DNA from: Eubacteriales bacterium
Lineage (GTDB): Bacteria; Bacillota; Clostridia; Oscillospirales; CAG-272
Reading direction: 5' to 3'
NCBI GenBank assembly: GCA_045656445.1
Contig: JAZORD010000042.1
Location: forward strand, 1 to 53,326
DNA length: 53,326 bases
Shown: piece by piece, positions 1-9,358 of the stretch
Layout of the letters: every line of letters starts with the position of its first letter
How positions within the stretch are numbered: position 1 is the first letter of the stretch
Translations under genes and position numbers: made by a program
Notes under the pieces: model-generated
What the model saw: the letters and a program-made list of their open reading frames with translations, nothing else
Database searches by the model: none
Told to the model about the DNA's origin: nothing

Positions 1-1
1 C

Positions 2-466
2 GTGCTTCTCGACCTTTATTGCGGAGCAGGCTCAATTGGTCTTTCAATGGCTGACTCGGTCAGAGAGCTTATTGGAATAGAAATAATAGACAGCGCTGTG
101 CTTTGCGCGAGAGAAAATGCAAAAGCAAATGGCATAACTAATGCAAAATTTTACACGGGTGACGCAAAAAACACAGAAAATCTTCTTGAAAATGCGGAGT
201 GCGAGCTCGGCAAGAAGATTGAGCCGACAATTGTCGTGCTTGACCCACCAAGAGCGGGATGCGACGCAGAACTGATAAAATACGTAGCATCGCTTGCTCC
301 GGGTCGCATAGTTTATATTTCCTGTAATCCTACAACTCTTGCGCGCGATTGCGCGCTATTTAAAAAACTTGGATATGCTTGCGGAAAGGTTACTGCGGTG
401 GATTTGTTTCCTATGACGGGGCACGTCGAGTCCGTCGTGTGTCTCAAACGACAGATTCAACAATGA
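2..466 (+). CDS. rlmD: 23S rRNA (uracil-C5)-methyltransferase RlmD/RumA, 5'-truncated by window edge
   Basis: LDLYCGAGSIG SAM-binding motif, LDPPRAG, YISCNPTTLARD, DLFPMTGHVE. Confidence 0.95.
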   Translation: MLLDLYCGAGSIGLSMADSVRELIGIEIIDSAVLCARENAKANGITNAKFYTGDAKNTENLLENAECELGKKIEPTIVVLDPPRAGCDAELIKYVASLAPGRIVYISCNPTTLARDCALFKKLGYACGKVTAVDLFPMTGHVESVVCLKRQIQQ

Positions 467-523
467 ATTGCCGTTGGCATGAATTGCACTTGCGTGCATG
501 AATTGACCTTCGGTCAAGAAATA
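463..523. repeat. Three ATGAATTG units (463, 479, 498), each followed by a mini-hairpin; REP-like array
   Basis: TGCC-gtt-GGCA, TGCAC-ttgc-GTGCA, TTGACC-ttc-GGTCAA read directly from the sequence. Confidence 0.75.
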
Positions 524-618
524 CAAGACTATGTTTGCAAAATGCAGTAAAATCCGTAAATTGCTAATCACCTCCATCACCACCGCAAAGTAAAACACGT
601 AAAGAAAGGAATTGCCTC

Positions 619-1341
619 ATGAAAATTTTATCCATCGGCAACAGCTTCTCTCAGGACGCGCAACGGTATCTGCACCGTCTGGCAAAAAAGGACGGCGCGG
701 AGATAATCACCGCCAATCTCTATATCGGCGGGTGCACATTGCGTTCCCATTATTTGAATATGCTGGACGACGCGTCGGCGTATACCTACGAATTCAACGG
801 AGAATCCACGGGGCTGAAGGTCTCGATCCGACAGGCTCTCGTCAGCAACGACTGGGATATCGTCACCCTTCAGCAGGCAAGCCCCCTCAGCGCAAAATAC
901 GAAACCTATACGCCCTATCTGGAGGCTCTTGCCGACTACGTGCGAAAATACTGTCCTCACGCAAGGCTCGTCATTCACCAGACCTGGGCGTATGAGGATG
1001 GAAGCGAAAGATTGAAGACGAGGGTCGGCTTTGACTCCGCCGAGGAGATGCTATCCGCCGTCCGTACTGCGTACGGGAAAGCGGCGGAGTCGATCGGTGC
1101 CAATGGCATCATTCCTTGCGGCGAAGCCATGCTTCGGGCGGTTGAGCTTGGAATCGACAAGATCCACCGCGACACCTTCCACGCGTCCCTCGGCGTGGGC
1201 AGATATCTGCTGACGCTTTGTTGGTACAAGGCACTGACGGGAACGGATATTACAAGCAACGATTTCGACGACTTCGACGTTCCCGTCACCGAACAGGAAC
1301 GACAGATCGTTATTCGGGCGGTCAACTCGGTGCTTTCATAA
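619..1341 (+). CDS. SGNH-like hydrolase, DUF4886-type
   Basis: N-terminal IGNSFS, DWDIVTLQQAS, HQTWAY and C-terminal DxxH (RDTFHAS). Confidence 0.75.
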   Translation: MKILSIGNSFSQDAQRYLHRLAKKDGAEIITANLYIGGCTLRSHYLNMLDDASAYTYEFNGESTGLKVSIRQALVSNDWDIVTLQQASPLSAKYETYTPYLEALADYVRKYCPHARLVIHQTWAYEDGSERLKTRVGFDSAEEMLSAVRTAYGKAAESIGANGIIPCGEAMLRAVELGIDKIHRDTFHASLGVGRYLLTLCWYKALTGTDITSNDFDDFDVPVTEQERQIVIRAVNSVLS

Positions 1342-1423
1342 AAGCCATGTCAAACGAAAATATACCTTTTGTCGTTACAACCCCCGTTATTGACCGATTT
1401 TTATACCTTTTGGAGTCTTGACC

Positions 1424-1459
1424 CACGTTGAAAGTGTCGTTTGTCTCAAACGCACTTGA
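1424..1459 (+). mobile_element. Duplicate of the rlmD 3' end (att-like direct repeat of 422-450)
   Basis: CACGTTGAAAGTGTCGTTTGTCTCAAACG vs CACGTCGAGTCCGTCGTGTGTCTCAAACG; 23/29 identical and both encode HVESVVCLKR. Confidence 0.85.
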
Positions 1460-1532
1460 ATTGGAGTTGGCATACTTCACCAAGGACAGCGCCGAGAAAA
1501 TAAAACCGATAAATAAGAAATTGGAGATTATT

Positions 1533-1748
1533 ATGCGTAAGTGTGTAAGATGCAACACAGCAATGGTTGAAAATTGTGGCGTTAAAGTTAAAGGTGCTGC
1601 CTATGGTTTAATATTAACTGATGATGAAAATAAATGGTGGGGCGGAAGAATGGAGCAACCCAAAGTTGCTATCTGTCCCAAATGTGGAGAGGTATCCATT
1701 TATTTGGAGAATGTAGAAAAATTGAAAAATAAACAAAGAACTTCATAA
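1533..1748 (+). CDS. Small zinc-ribbon protein (71 aa), unknown function
   Basis: GGAG RBS before ATG 1533; CVRC...CPKC cysteine pairs. Confidence 0.8.
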   Translation: MRKCVRCNTAMVENCGVKVKGAAYGLILTDDENKWWGGRMEQPKVAICPKCGEVSIYLENVEKLKNKQRTS

Positions 1749-1817
1749 ACGGAAAAAGAAATTGTAAATTCCAATTTGTCAGAGATAAAGTTTTGAAGAA
1801 AGGTAAAATGGTGAACT

Positions 1818-3419
1818 ATGAAAATTCAATTTATCGGTGCAGCGCATGAGGTAACTGGTAGCTGTACTTTGCTTGAAATCAACGACCGTTATTATTTGGT
1901 CGATTGCGGTATGGAGCAAGGAATTGACATATTTCAGAACGTCGCTTTGCCAATTTCCGCGAGTCAGGTCGATGCGGTCTTCTTGACACACGCGCACATC
2001 GACCACTCGGGAATGTTGCCAAGACTTTATAAGGACGGCTTCCGCGGCATCATATACGCAACAGAGGCAACGGCGAAGCTCGCTGACATTATGCTCAAGG
2101 ATAGCGCGCATATTCAGATGAGTGAAATCGAGTGGAAAAACAGAAAGGCAGAGCGTTCGGGTGATGAAAATTATCAGCCGTCGTATACGCTCGAAGACGC
2201 GCTTGGCGCTATAAAACTATTTCGTGGCGTTCCGTATAACGAAAGAATTACTGTTTCTGCGGGCGTGGATATCCGCTTTACCGACATCGGACATTTGCTC
2301 GGCTCTGCGGCAATCGAAATATGGCTCCGAGAGGGAGAGGCGGAAAAGAAGATTGTATTCAGTGGCGATGTCGGCAACACCGACCAGCCGATCATCAAAG
2401 ACCCTTCTCCTATCGCTGAAACCGACTATCTCGTTCTCGAATCTACCTATGGCAGCCGTAATCACGAACGTCATACCGATACGGTAGAGACGCTGGCGCA
2501 GTTTATTGACAAAACGCTGGCAAGAGGAGGAAACGTCATTATTCCGTCCTTTGCCATTGGACGCACGCAGGAGCTTCTGTATGCGATCCGTGAGATTAAG
2601 CAAAGAGAGCTTGTAAAGGATACGGATTTCCCTGTATATGTGGACAGTCCGTTGGCTATCGAGGCTACTGATATTTTCTCCAAATGCGATCCCGCTTGTT
2701 TCGATGAAGAAACAAACAAACTGATAGAGCAAGGGGTCGATCCTATCAAGTTCCCCGATCTACGCCTTTCGGTTACAGTAGAGGAATCGAAGCGTATCAA
2801 TGAAACTTCTGAGCCGAAGGTCATTCTGTCGGCGAGCGGTATGTGTGAGGCGGGTAGAATCAGGCATCATCTGAAGCATAATCTTTGGAGACCTCAGAAT
2901 CTGATACTGTTTGTGGGCTATCAAGCCGAAGGCACGCTTGGCAGGAATCTTATCGAGGGGGTTCAGAACGTCAGACTGTTCGGTGAGGATATTGCCGTCA
3001 AAGCCGAGATCCGCTCCCTCAAGGGAACCAGCGGACACGCCGATCAACAAGGTCTTATCTCATGGCTTGAGAGCTTTGAGAAAAAGCCTCGCACCGTGTT
3101 TCTAAATCACGGTAACGAGGAATCAATCGCAGTCCTTTCCTATGAACTTAAGGAGCGCGGATATTCGGTAGAAGCTCCTTACAGCGGAACCGAGTACGAT
3201 CTGATGAAGGGCATTATGACCGCATACACCGAAAAGAAGCGTGTCACGGCAGCATACGTCGCCAAGGCGCGCTCCAGAAAAAATAACATCCATCGTGATC
3301 TCGTCTCGCAGGCAGAAGCGCTTCTTGCTCTTGCCAAGCGTTGCGAAAGCCGACCAAACAAGGAAAACGCCAAGTTTGCAGCGCAGATCAGGGCCTTGAT
3401 GGATAAATGGGTGAGATGA
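1818..3419 (+). CDS. Metallo-beta-lactamase / beta-CASP ribonuclease (YSH1-like)
   Basis: THAHIDH, GHLLGS, FSGD, ESTYG, PSFAIGRTQE, SGMCEAGRI, SGHAD, NHG motifs. Confidence 0.9.
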   Translation: MKIQFIGAAHEVTGSCTLLEINDRYYLVDCGMEQGIDIFQNVALPISASQVDAVFLTHAHIDHSGMLPRLYKDGFRGIIYATEATAKLADIMLKDSAHIQMSEIEWKNRKAERSGDENYQPSYTLEDALGAIKLFRGVPYNERITVSAGVDIRFTDIGHLLGSAAIEIWLREGEAEKKIVFSGDVGNTDQPIIKDPSPIAETDYLVLESTYGSRNHERHTDTVETLAQFIDKTLARGGNVIIPSFAIGRTQELLYAIREIKQRELVKDTDFPVYVDSPLAIEATDIFSKCDPACFDEETNKLIEQGVDPIKFPDLRLSVTVEESKRINETSEPKVILSASGMCEAGRIRHHLKHNLWRPQNLILFVGYQAEGTLGRNLIEGVQNVRLFGEDIAVKAEIRSLKGTSGHADQQGLISWLESFEKKPRTVFLNHGNEESIAVLSYELKERGYSVEAPYSGTEYDLMKGIMTAYTEKKRVTAAYVAKARSRKNNIHRDLVSQAEALLALAKRCESRPNKENAKFAAQIRALMDKWVR

Positions 3420-3604
3420 AAAAGCAATAATATGGATTATACGTAAAAAAGAGCACTGATTTTTGAAAAACAAGTTATAAATATGTATAAAGGTATGATG
3501 CACACGTTGTGATGATAACGCAACGGCATTAGTAATTTCCACGCAAAATTCAAAAATACAAATTGCAGCAGTACGCTGTCAACATATTAAAGGGACGAAA
3601 GGTT

Positions 3605-4492
3605 ATGAACAACAAAAACATAGTCAAAGAATACATTTTCGATTTGTTTTGCGCAATTATTGCCGGGGCAATCGTTGGCACTGCCTACTATTTTTTTCAA
3701 AACAGTAACGGATTTGCACCGGGCGGTGTAGGTGGACTTGCCACTATAACACACTATCTTTTTGCCGATAAGCTGAGCTGGTCTGTTCTGATGGTAGCAT
3801 TTAATCTGCCAATATTCATTTTGGTAAGCGCTATTGTAAACAAAAAGTTGGGTATTATGCTGAGTATATACATGGTTGTTCAATCCTTTATCCCCAGTTT
3901 ATATGAGCTTATAGGCGCAAGACCCTATTGCTTAGCTAACAACCAGGGCGACTTTAATATCGTGTTTGCTTGTATAGCCACAGGTGTGATATCGGGTTTG
4001 GGCTTTTCGCTTATGCTCAAAAGATTTGGCGCAAGCGGCGGTACGTACGGCATTTCCGCATTGATAAAAAAAGCGAAGCCTGAAACAAATATAGCCTATA
4101 TATCGTTTATTATGGATACAAGCGTGGTGTTTTTTGCATTTTTTGTATACGGTATGAAGATAACCCCCGTAATCTGCACCTTGCTTAATCTGTTTATAGC
4201 TAATATGATTGTGGATAACGGACTGAGTGGCATTAAAAACGGTTACAAATTTGAGATTATAACGGCACATCCAAATGAATTATCCGCCGAATTGATAACA
4301 CACCTTAAGCATGGCGTTACCGAAATAAAAGTACACGGTATGTATTCTAACACCGATAAATATATGCTGGTCTGCATAATAAATAAACGTCAGATAGGCG
4401 AGATGATGAAAATAATTAAAAGCTATCCGGACACCTTTGCAAGCTTTGAAAAGGTAAATGAGGTGTTCGGCAACTTTAAAAGAAAGGTGTAA
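3605..4492 (+). CDS. YitT family membrane protein
   Basis: FAPGGVGGLA, GASGG, several TM segments, C-terminal HGVT...GMYS soluble domain. Confidence 0.85.
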   Translation: MNNKNIVKEYIFDLFCAIIAGAIVGTAYYFFQNSNGFAPGGVGGLATITHYLFADKLSWSVLMVAFNLPIFILVSAIVNKKLGIMLSIYMVVQSFIPSLYELIGARPYCLANNQGDFNIVFACIATGVISGLGFSLMLKRFGASGGTYGISALIKKAKPETNIAYISFIMDTSVVFFAFFVYGMKITPVICTLLNLFIANMIVDNGLSGIKNGYKFEIITAHPNELSAELITHLKHGVTEIKVHGMYSNTDKYMLVCIINKRQIGEMMKIIKSYPDTFASFEKVNEVFGNFKRKV

Positions 4493-4567
4493 TATTTTCA
4501 AAAATTCTCCTAATATATGGCTGTTTACTATGCAAAGACTGTCGTGTGACAAAAAAGGAGAGCAGGA

Positions 4568-5233
4568 ATGAAACTAATCTTCAATGCATTTATAAAATAC
4601 ATAATAGGTCTTGTTTCGGTGGGTGCGCTTTTGTTTTTGCCTGCGTGGACGGTGTATTATCCGGGCGCGTGGTTATTGCTTGCGCTGCTGTTCATCCCTA
4701 TGCTGATTATGGGCGCCGTTCTTTTCGTAAAATCCCCAGAGCTCCTTGAAAAGCGGCTGAATAACAAGGAAAAAGAAAAAACACAGCGAGGCATTATATT
4801 TATCTGCGGCTTGATGTTTCCGCTAGGGTTCGTTCTGTCTGCGCTTGATTTTCGCTTCTCCTTATCGGGCGTCCCCTTCTGGTTGGTTGCGACGGCATCC
4901 GTGCTGTTTTTGGCAGGCTACGCTATGTACGCCGAGGTAATGCGGGAGAATGCCTATCTTTCTCGCACGGTAGAGGTTGCGAACGGGCAGGTAGTGATTA
5001 GCGCGGGGCTTTACGGTGTAGTGCGCCATCCTATGTATCTTGCTACGTTGCTTATGTTTTTGCCGATGCCGCTTATACTCGGCTCGTTTTGGGGACTTAT
5101 TCCCTACTCTCTTTATCCGGCGGCAATAGTCATCCGGATTTTGAACGAGGAAAAGGTTTTGACACAAAAGCTTTCGGGATATGCGGAATACAAAGCAACG
5201 GTAAAATACAGGCTTGTTCCGTTTGTTTGGTAA
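4568..5233 (+). CDS. Isoprenylcysteine carboxyl methyltransferase (ICMT/PEMT) family membrane protein
   Basis: GLYGVVRHPMY, RILNEEKVL...GYAEY...VKYRLVPFVW. Confidence 0.9.
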   Translation: MKLIFNAFIKYIIGLVSVGALLFLPAWTVYYPGAWLLLALLFIPMLIMGAVLFVKSPELLEKRLNNKEKEKTQRGIIFICGLMFPLGFVLSALDFRFSLSGVPFWLVATASVLFLAGYAMYAEVMRENAYLSRTVEVANGQVVISAGLYGVVRHPMYLATLLMFLPMPLILGSFWGLIPYSLYPAAIVIRILNEEKVLTQKLSGYAEYKATVKYRLVPFVW

Positions 5234-5317
5234 GATAGGTTCGCGGCTTAAATGCCGAGCAATTTTTCAAATCTAACATAAAATATAAAAACAACAAATA
5301 TACAGAGGTAAAAAGCT

Positions 5318-6643
5318 ATGTCTACTTTCGTTATCGCTATAATTTTATTTGCGATTACCTACGTGCTGCTGTTCGCGCTGCCGAAATTTCGGGCGTGGAC
5401 TGCGCTTGGCTCAGCCGTTATTTTTTCGGTTTGGCTTGCGTTTATTTGTAAGGACGTAAATTTCACGTTCTCCGACCTTATCGTAGCTATTGACTTCAAC
5501 GTTCTGATGATGATAGCGGGTACTATGGGTATCGTTTCACTGTTTATTGAATCAAAAATGCCTATGCGTATAGCCGACGTTTTGCTATCAAAATTCAAAA
5601 ACGTCAGATCATCAATAATTGCTATGGCTCTGCTTGCCGGAGTTGTGTCGGCATTCGTTGATAACGTCGCCACGGTGCTTATGATTGCTCCGATTGCCCT
5701 TGCGGTCTGCAAAAAGCAGAATATATCCCCCGTTGCACCGATTATTTCAATTGCGATTTCCTCTAATTTACAGGGCGCAGCTACGCTTGTCGGCGACACG
5801 ACCTCAATACTTCTTGGCGGATATGCAAATATGACCTTCTTTGATTTCTTTGTGTTCAAGGGAAGACCCGGTATTTTCTGGGCGGTGGAGATAGGCGCGC
5901 TTATGACAGCTCTTATTCTGCTCGTTATTTTCCGCAAAGAAACTCAGCCGCTTAAGCTGAGCGACAAGACAGAGGTTCAGGATTATTTCCCAAGCGTTCT
6001 TATGCTCGGTGTTATCCTGCTTTTGATTTTAGCCTCATTCCTAAAGGCGCCTGCCGAGGGATTTTGGCTCACGGTTTACAATCTCAGGAACGGTCTTATA
6101 TGCGTATTTCTTCTGATAGTCGGCATTACAGTAAATATTTGCAAAACAAAAAGCATCTTCGTCACAAAGCAGGTATTTAAGGAAATGGACTACGAAACGC
6201 TTCTTCTTTTGGCTTCTCTTTTCGTTGTGATTCAAGGCATTACAAAGGCGGGAGTTATCTCAAAGCTCTCTGAGCTTTTGGTTAAGCTTGGCGGAAGCAA
6301 CCTATTCTTAATGTATACTATCATTGTTTTTGCATCGGTGCTCATTTCAGCCTTCGTTGACAACATTCCATACGTATTGACGATGCTCCCCGTCGTTACG
6401 GGTGTTGCGGCTGCTATGGGTGTTGAGCCATACGTTTTATATTTCGGACTTCTTATCGGAGCTACGCTCGGCGGAAACATTACTCCTATCGGAGCGAGCG
6501 CAAATATTACCGGTATGGGAATACTGCGCAAAGAGGGCTACGAGCCCAAGGCTCGCGACTTTATGAAAATAAGCGTTCCGTTTACGCTTACCGCCGTTCT
6601 CTCAGGATATCTTTTCATCTGGTTGTTCTGGGGAATCCTGTAA
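5318..6643 (+). CDS. ArsB/NhaD (SLC13/CitMHS-like) ion or anion permease
   Basis: SAFVDNVAT, SNLQGAATLVGD, SAFVDNIP, GGNITPIGASAN; highly hydrophobic. Confidence 0.85.
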   Translation: MSTFVIAIILFAITYVLLFALPKFRAWTALGSAVIFSVWLAFICKDVNFTFSDLIVAIDFNVLMMIAGTMGIVSLFIESKMPMRIADVLLSKFKNVRSSIIAMALLAGVVSAFVDNVATVLMIAPIALAVCKKQNISPVAPIISIAISSNLQGAATLVGDTTSILLGGYANMTFFDFFVFKGRPGIFWAVEIGALMTALILLVIFRKETQPLKLSDKTEVQDYFPSVLMLGVILLLILASFLKAPAEGFWLTVYNLRNGLICVFLLIVGITVNICKTKSIFVTKQVFKEMDYETLLLLASLFVVIQGITKAGVISKLSELLVKLGGSNLFLMYTIIVFASVLISAFVDNIPYVLTMLPVVTGVAAAMGVEPYVLYFGLLIGATLGGNITPIGASANITGMGILRKEGYEPKARDFMKISVPFTLTAVLSGYLFIWLFWGIL

Positions 6644-6706
6644 TTTATCGGAGCAAAGACAAAGACTAATGAAAAACGTTATAAAGACGCATATTAGAGG
6701 TGAGTT

Positions 6707-7159
6707 ATGATTAAAATTAAAAGCCCAGCTGAAATAAAAAAGTATTTTAATATTCCGAGCGAAGCGGTTCTCTTCCTGGAGAGCATTACTGAAGATACCG
6801 AAAACAAGAAATATGCCTTTGGCGACGACTGCTTTATAAACGTCCAAAACTGTGTTACAAAAACCGAGTGCTCCGCAATGGAAGCGCACGAAAAATATGT
6901 AGACATTCAGTATCTTGTAAAGGGCGAGGAAAAGATATATTACAGAAACAAAGACGGACTTACCGTAACGAAGCCGCGCTCCGAGGGCGGCGATACAACA
7001 ATTTACGCCTTTCCGGACGGCGCAGATTTCATTTGCTGTACTGCGGGAGAGGGTATTATACTTTATACCGACGAGGCCCACTCGCCGAACAAAGCTGTGA
7101 GCCTGCCCTGTGAAAACAAAAAAGCAGTAATTAAAATCAACAAAGCCTTAGCAGTTTAA
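6707..7159 (+). CDS. YhcH/YjgK/YiaL family (NanQ/EbgC-like) protein
   Basis: EAHEKYVDIQY, EAHSP, KKAVIK motifs. Confidence 0.85.
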   Translation: MIKIKSPAEIKKYFNIPSEAVLFLESITEDTENKKYAFGDDCFINVQNCVTKTECSAMEAHEKYVDIQYLVKGEEKIYYRNKDGLTVTKPRSEGGDTTIYAFPDGADFICCTAGEGIILYTDEAHSPNKAVSLPCENKKAVIKINKALAV

Positions 7160-7168
7160 TTCTCAAAC

Positions 7169-7216
7169 AAAAGCTCCGTGACTTCCGAAATTAAGGGGTT
7201 GTCACGGAGCTTTTTA
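7169..7216. terminator. Bidirectional intrinsic terminator
   Basis: AAAAGCTCCGTGAC...GTCACGGAGCTTTT between convergent genes. Confidence 0.85.
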
Positions 7217-7268
7217 TTTGTTTTGTTATACTTTATGTTCTTTTTGCTGTATGATATGGCAAAGGTGC

Positions 7269-8012
7269 TTATAATCCTCTTACTGCTTTATACGACTTGA
7301 AATACCTTTTCCCTAATTCGCGAAGGGACGGAGAGTCAAAATGCAGACCGTCGGATTTCAGTGCCAGCCCCTCAGCCGACGCGACGGAGCAAAAAGGAAG
7401 CTCGCCTGCAACCTCACGCATCACACCGTTTATTATTGTGATATTCTCGGGAGGAGCGAATCCGGGGTCGATTTTTTCCGAAATCTCACCCATTATAAAC
7501 GGAAGGTTTTCGGCATTTAGCTCGCGCCTTATTGAATTTATGAGATTTATTAGCTTTTCTCTGTATTCCCCGGAGCTTAAGCCGAGGCTCGCGTCGGTTT
7601 CCCCCTGGTGCCATAGAAATCCCGAAAAGCTTGAGGTACGCATAGCCAGCTTTGCCATAAAAACCGCGTGGTCGTAGAGAATCTCGCCCGGCTGCCATTC
7701 TGAAATTCCCGTTCCTCCGTCGGCACAGGGGATAAGACCTATACGGCATTTAAGCTCGCTTGCAAATTCGTTGGCAAAGCTCGGAGCCAGCCCTATACCG
7801 GGACGAAACTTGCCGTCAAATATCGCCCTGTCAACGTTCAGCGGTTCGTGCATTCTTATAAACCTACCGTTTCGCAGCATATAGCAGCGAAAATTATTTA
7901 TAGGCTCGACCTCCGAAAGCTCACCCCGTCCAGCCATATTCGACTGTCCTATCACGAGAAAAGAGCGAAGGTCCTCGCCGCCTATGAAATTACCGTCATT
8001 TATCTTGTTCAA
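7269..8012 (-). CDS. Sialate/carbohydrate O-acetylesterase (SASA, DUF303-type SGNH)
   Basis: GQSNMAGRG, IPCADGGT, WHQGETD, DGLHF; TTG start with GGAGG upstream. Confidence 0.88.
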   Translation of the reverse strand: MNKINDGNFIGGEDLRSFLVIGQSNMAGRGELSEVEPINNFRCYMLRNGRFIRMHEPLNVDRAIFDGKFRPGIGLAPSFANEFASELKCRIGLIPCADGGTGISEWQPGEILYDHAVFMAKLAMRTSSFSGFLWHQGETDASLGLSSGEYREKLINLINSIRRELNAENLPFIMGEISEKIDPGFAPPENITIINGVMREVAGELPFCSVASAEGLALKSDGLHFDSPSLRELGKRYFKSYKAVRGL

Positions 8013-8180
8013 TTTTTTACCCCCTCCGCAGCATTGCCAAGCGAGGCGACTGCTCCAAGAATTAGTATTATTTCAATAAGCTGAATACGTCCTGCAACTT
8101 ATTTAAAGGAACGGCTGCGGACAATCGGCTCGATTATGGCAAGCGGATAAACCGCCGATTTTTAAAGCAACGTTGTCTAA

Positions 8181-8209
8181 ATAATATCACAAGCAGGTTG
8201 TTTTGTCAA
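8181..8209 (-). promoter_or_regulatory. Sigma-A promoter for the acetylesterase
   Basis: TTGACA-17 bp-TATTAT with TG extension on the minus strand. Confidence 0.7.
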
Positions 8210-8238
8210 TCAAATGAGAAATTTTACGGCTAAACGAC

Positions 8239-8250
8239 CGAAATATTTCG
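8239..8250. promoter_or_regulatory. Candidate operator palindrome (possibly for the adjacent LacI regulator)
   Basis: Perfect palindrome CGAAATATTTCG between two divergent promoters. Confidence 0.45.
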
Positions 8251-8259
8251 CTTTTAGTA

Positions 8260-8288
8260 TTGAAATGTTTTTTATTATAATGTATAAT
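8260..8288 (+). promoter_or_regulatory. Sigma-A promoter for the LacI regulator
   Basis: TTGAAA-17 bp-TATAAT. Confidence 0.65.
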
Positions 8289-8321
8289 TATGATAACTAT
8301 TTATTTTAGGTAGAGTACGCG

Positions 8322-9275
8322 ATGTTTACACTTTCAAAAATTGCAAAACTGGCGAACGTTTCGGTGTCAACGGCGTCAAAGGCTTTTTCAATGAGCCCGG
8401 AGGTCAGCGAACAAACGCGCAAGATGATTTTTGACGTAGCCAAGGAAAACGGTTGCTTTAAAAAGTTTTTTAGCGCCAAGTATCCAAAACTTGTAATCGC
8501 GGTCATATGCCCTGAATTTGAGAGCCTTTATTACAGCTCCATTCTCTCACATCTTCAAATAAACCTTGAGGAGCGAGGATGCGAAATATGCGTCGCCTCA
8601 ACCCAGTTCTCAAAGGAGCGCGGGCGCGAGCTTATCGAATACTATTCAAAATACACAAGCGTTGACGGAGTTGTTTTCATTGGCGAAGCATCAGAGTTTG
8701 ATTCGGGGTGTGATATTCCGATTGTGTGCATAGGCTCTAAGCGCGAACCCTCGGTGAGCGTTGGAGCGTCAACTAAAAAGGCAATTGAAGAGGCGATAGA
8801 TTATTTTGTGTCCCACGGAATCCGCGACATAGGTTTTCTTGGAGAGAGGCTCACGTCATCGAAGCAAAAAACCGTCTGCCAGGCGCTTGAAAAGAAGCTT
8901 GGCGCGTACAACGAGGATTACATAGCGGTCGGCGAAAGATTTTTTGAGGGCGGATACAACACGATGCTCTCTCTCATTGAAAAAAATAAAATTCCCAGAG
9001 CGCTGATTTGCGCCTACGATTACCTTGCGATAGGCGCAATGCGCTGTTTATTTGATAACGGATACAGAGTGCCTGAGGACGTTGCCGTTCTTGGTATGGA
9101 CGATATACCCGCGGCAAAGTATTTTAACCCTCCGTTATCCTCTATTAATTCAAGCATCGGAGAGGTATGCAAGCTGGCGGCTGACACCTTGATAAATATG
9201 CTTATGGGTAAGCCTTACGAAAAAAACACCGTAATACCCGCTACCCTCAATCTCAGACGCTCAACCGAAATATAA
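8322..9275 (+). CDS. LacI family transcriptional regulator
   Basis: TLSKIAKLANVSVSTASKAF HTH; DYLAIGA, RVPEDVAVLGMDD, PPLSSI. Confidence 0.93.
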   Translation: MFTLSKIAKLANVSVSTASKAFSMSPEVSEQTRKMIFDVAKENGCFKKFFSAKYPKLVIAVICPEFESLYYSSILSHLQINLEERGCEICVASTQFSKERGRELIEYYSKYTSVDGVVFIGEASEFDSGCDIPIVCIGSKREPSVSVGASTKKAIEEAIDYFVSHGIRDIGFLGERLTSSKQKTVCQALEKKLGAYNEDYIAVGERFFEGGYNTMLSLIEKNKIPRALICAYDYLAIGAMRCLFDNGYRVPEDVAVLGMDDIPAAKYFNPPLSSINSSIGEVCKLAADTLINMLMGKPYEKNTVIPATLNLRRSTEI

Positions 9276-9358
9276 ATTAATTCGGAAGCAGCGTTACCTT
9301 TACAGGATAACCTTGATTTTATTAATTTGAAAATATTTTATAAGGATGGACGTAACTA

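Noticed and set aside
463-523. CRISPR array interpretation of the ATGAATTG repeats
   Set aside because: Repeats are 8 nt, spacers 8-11 nt and palindromic, and there are no cas genes.
1765-1784. TAAATTCCAATTTGTCAGAG after the Zn-ribbon gene as a cassette-junction motif
   Set aside because: Only one clear instance in the window (weak echo near 6633-6653), so a repeat cannot be supported from this sequence.
3503-3532. Possible third rlmD-tail copy (CACGTTGTGATGATAACG..., HVVMITQ)
   Set aside because: Only the first 7 nt match the 1424 copy and the ES codons are absent; it is equally explained as a local CGTTG/CAACG hairpin.
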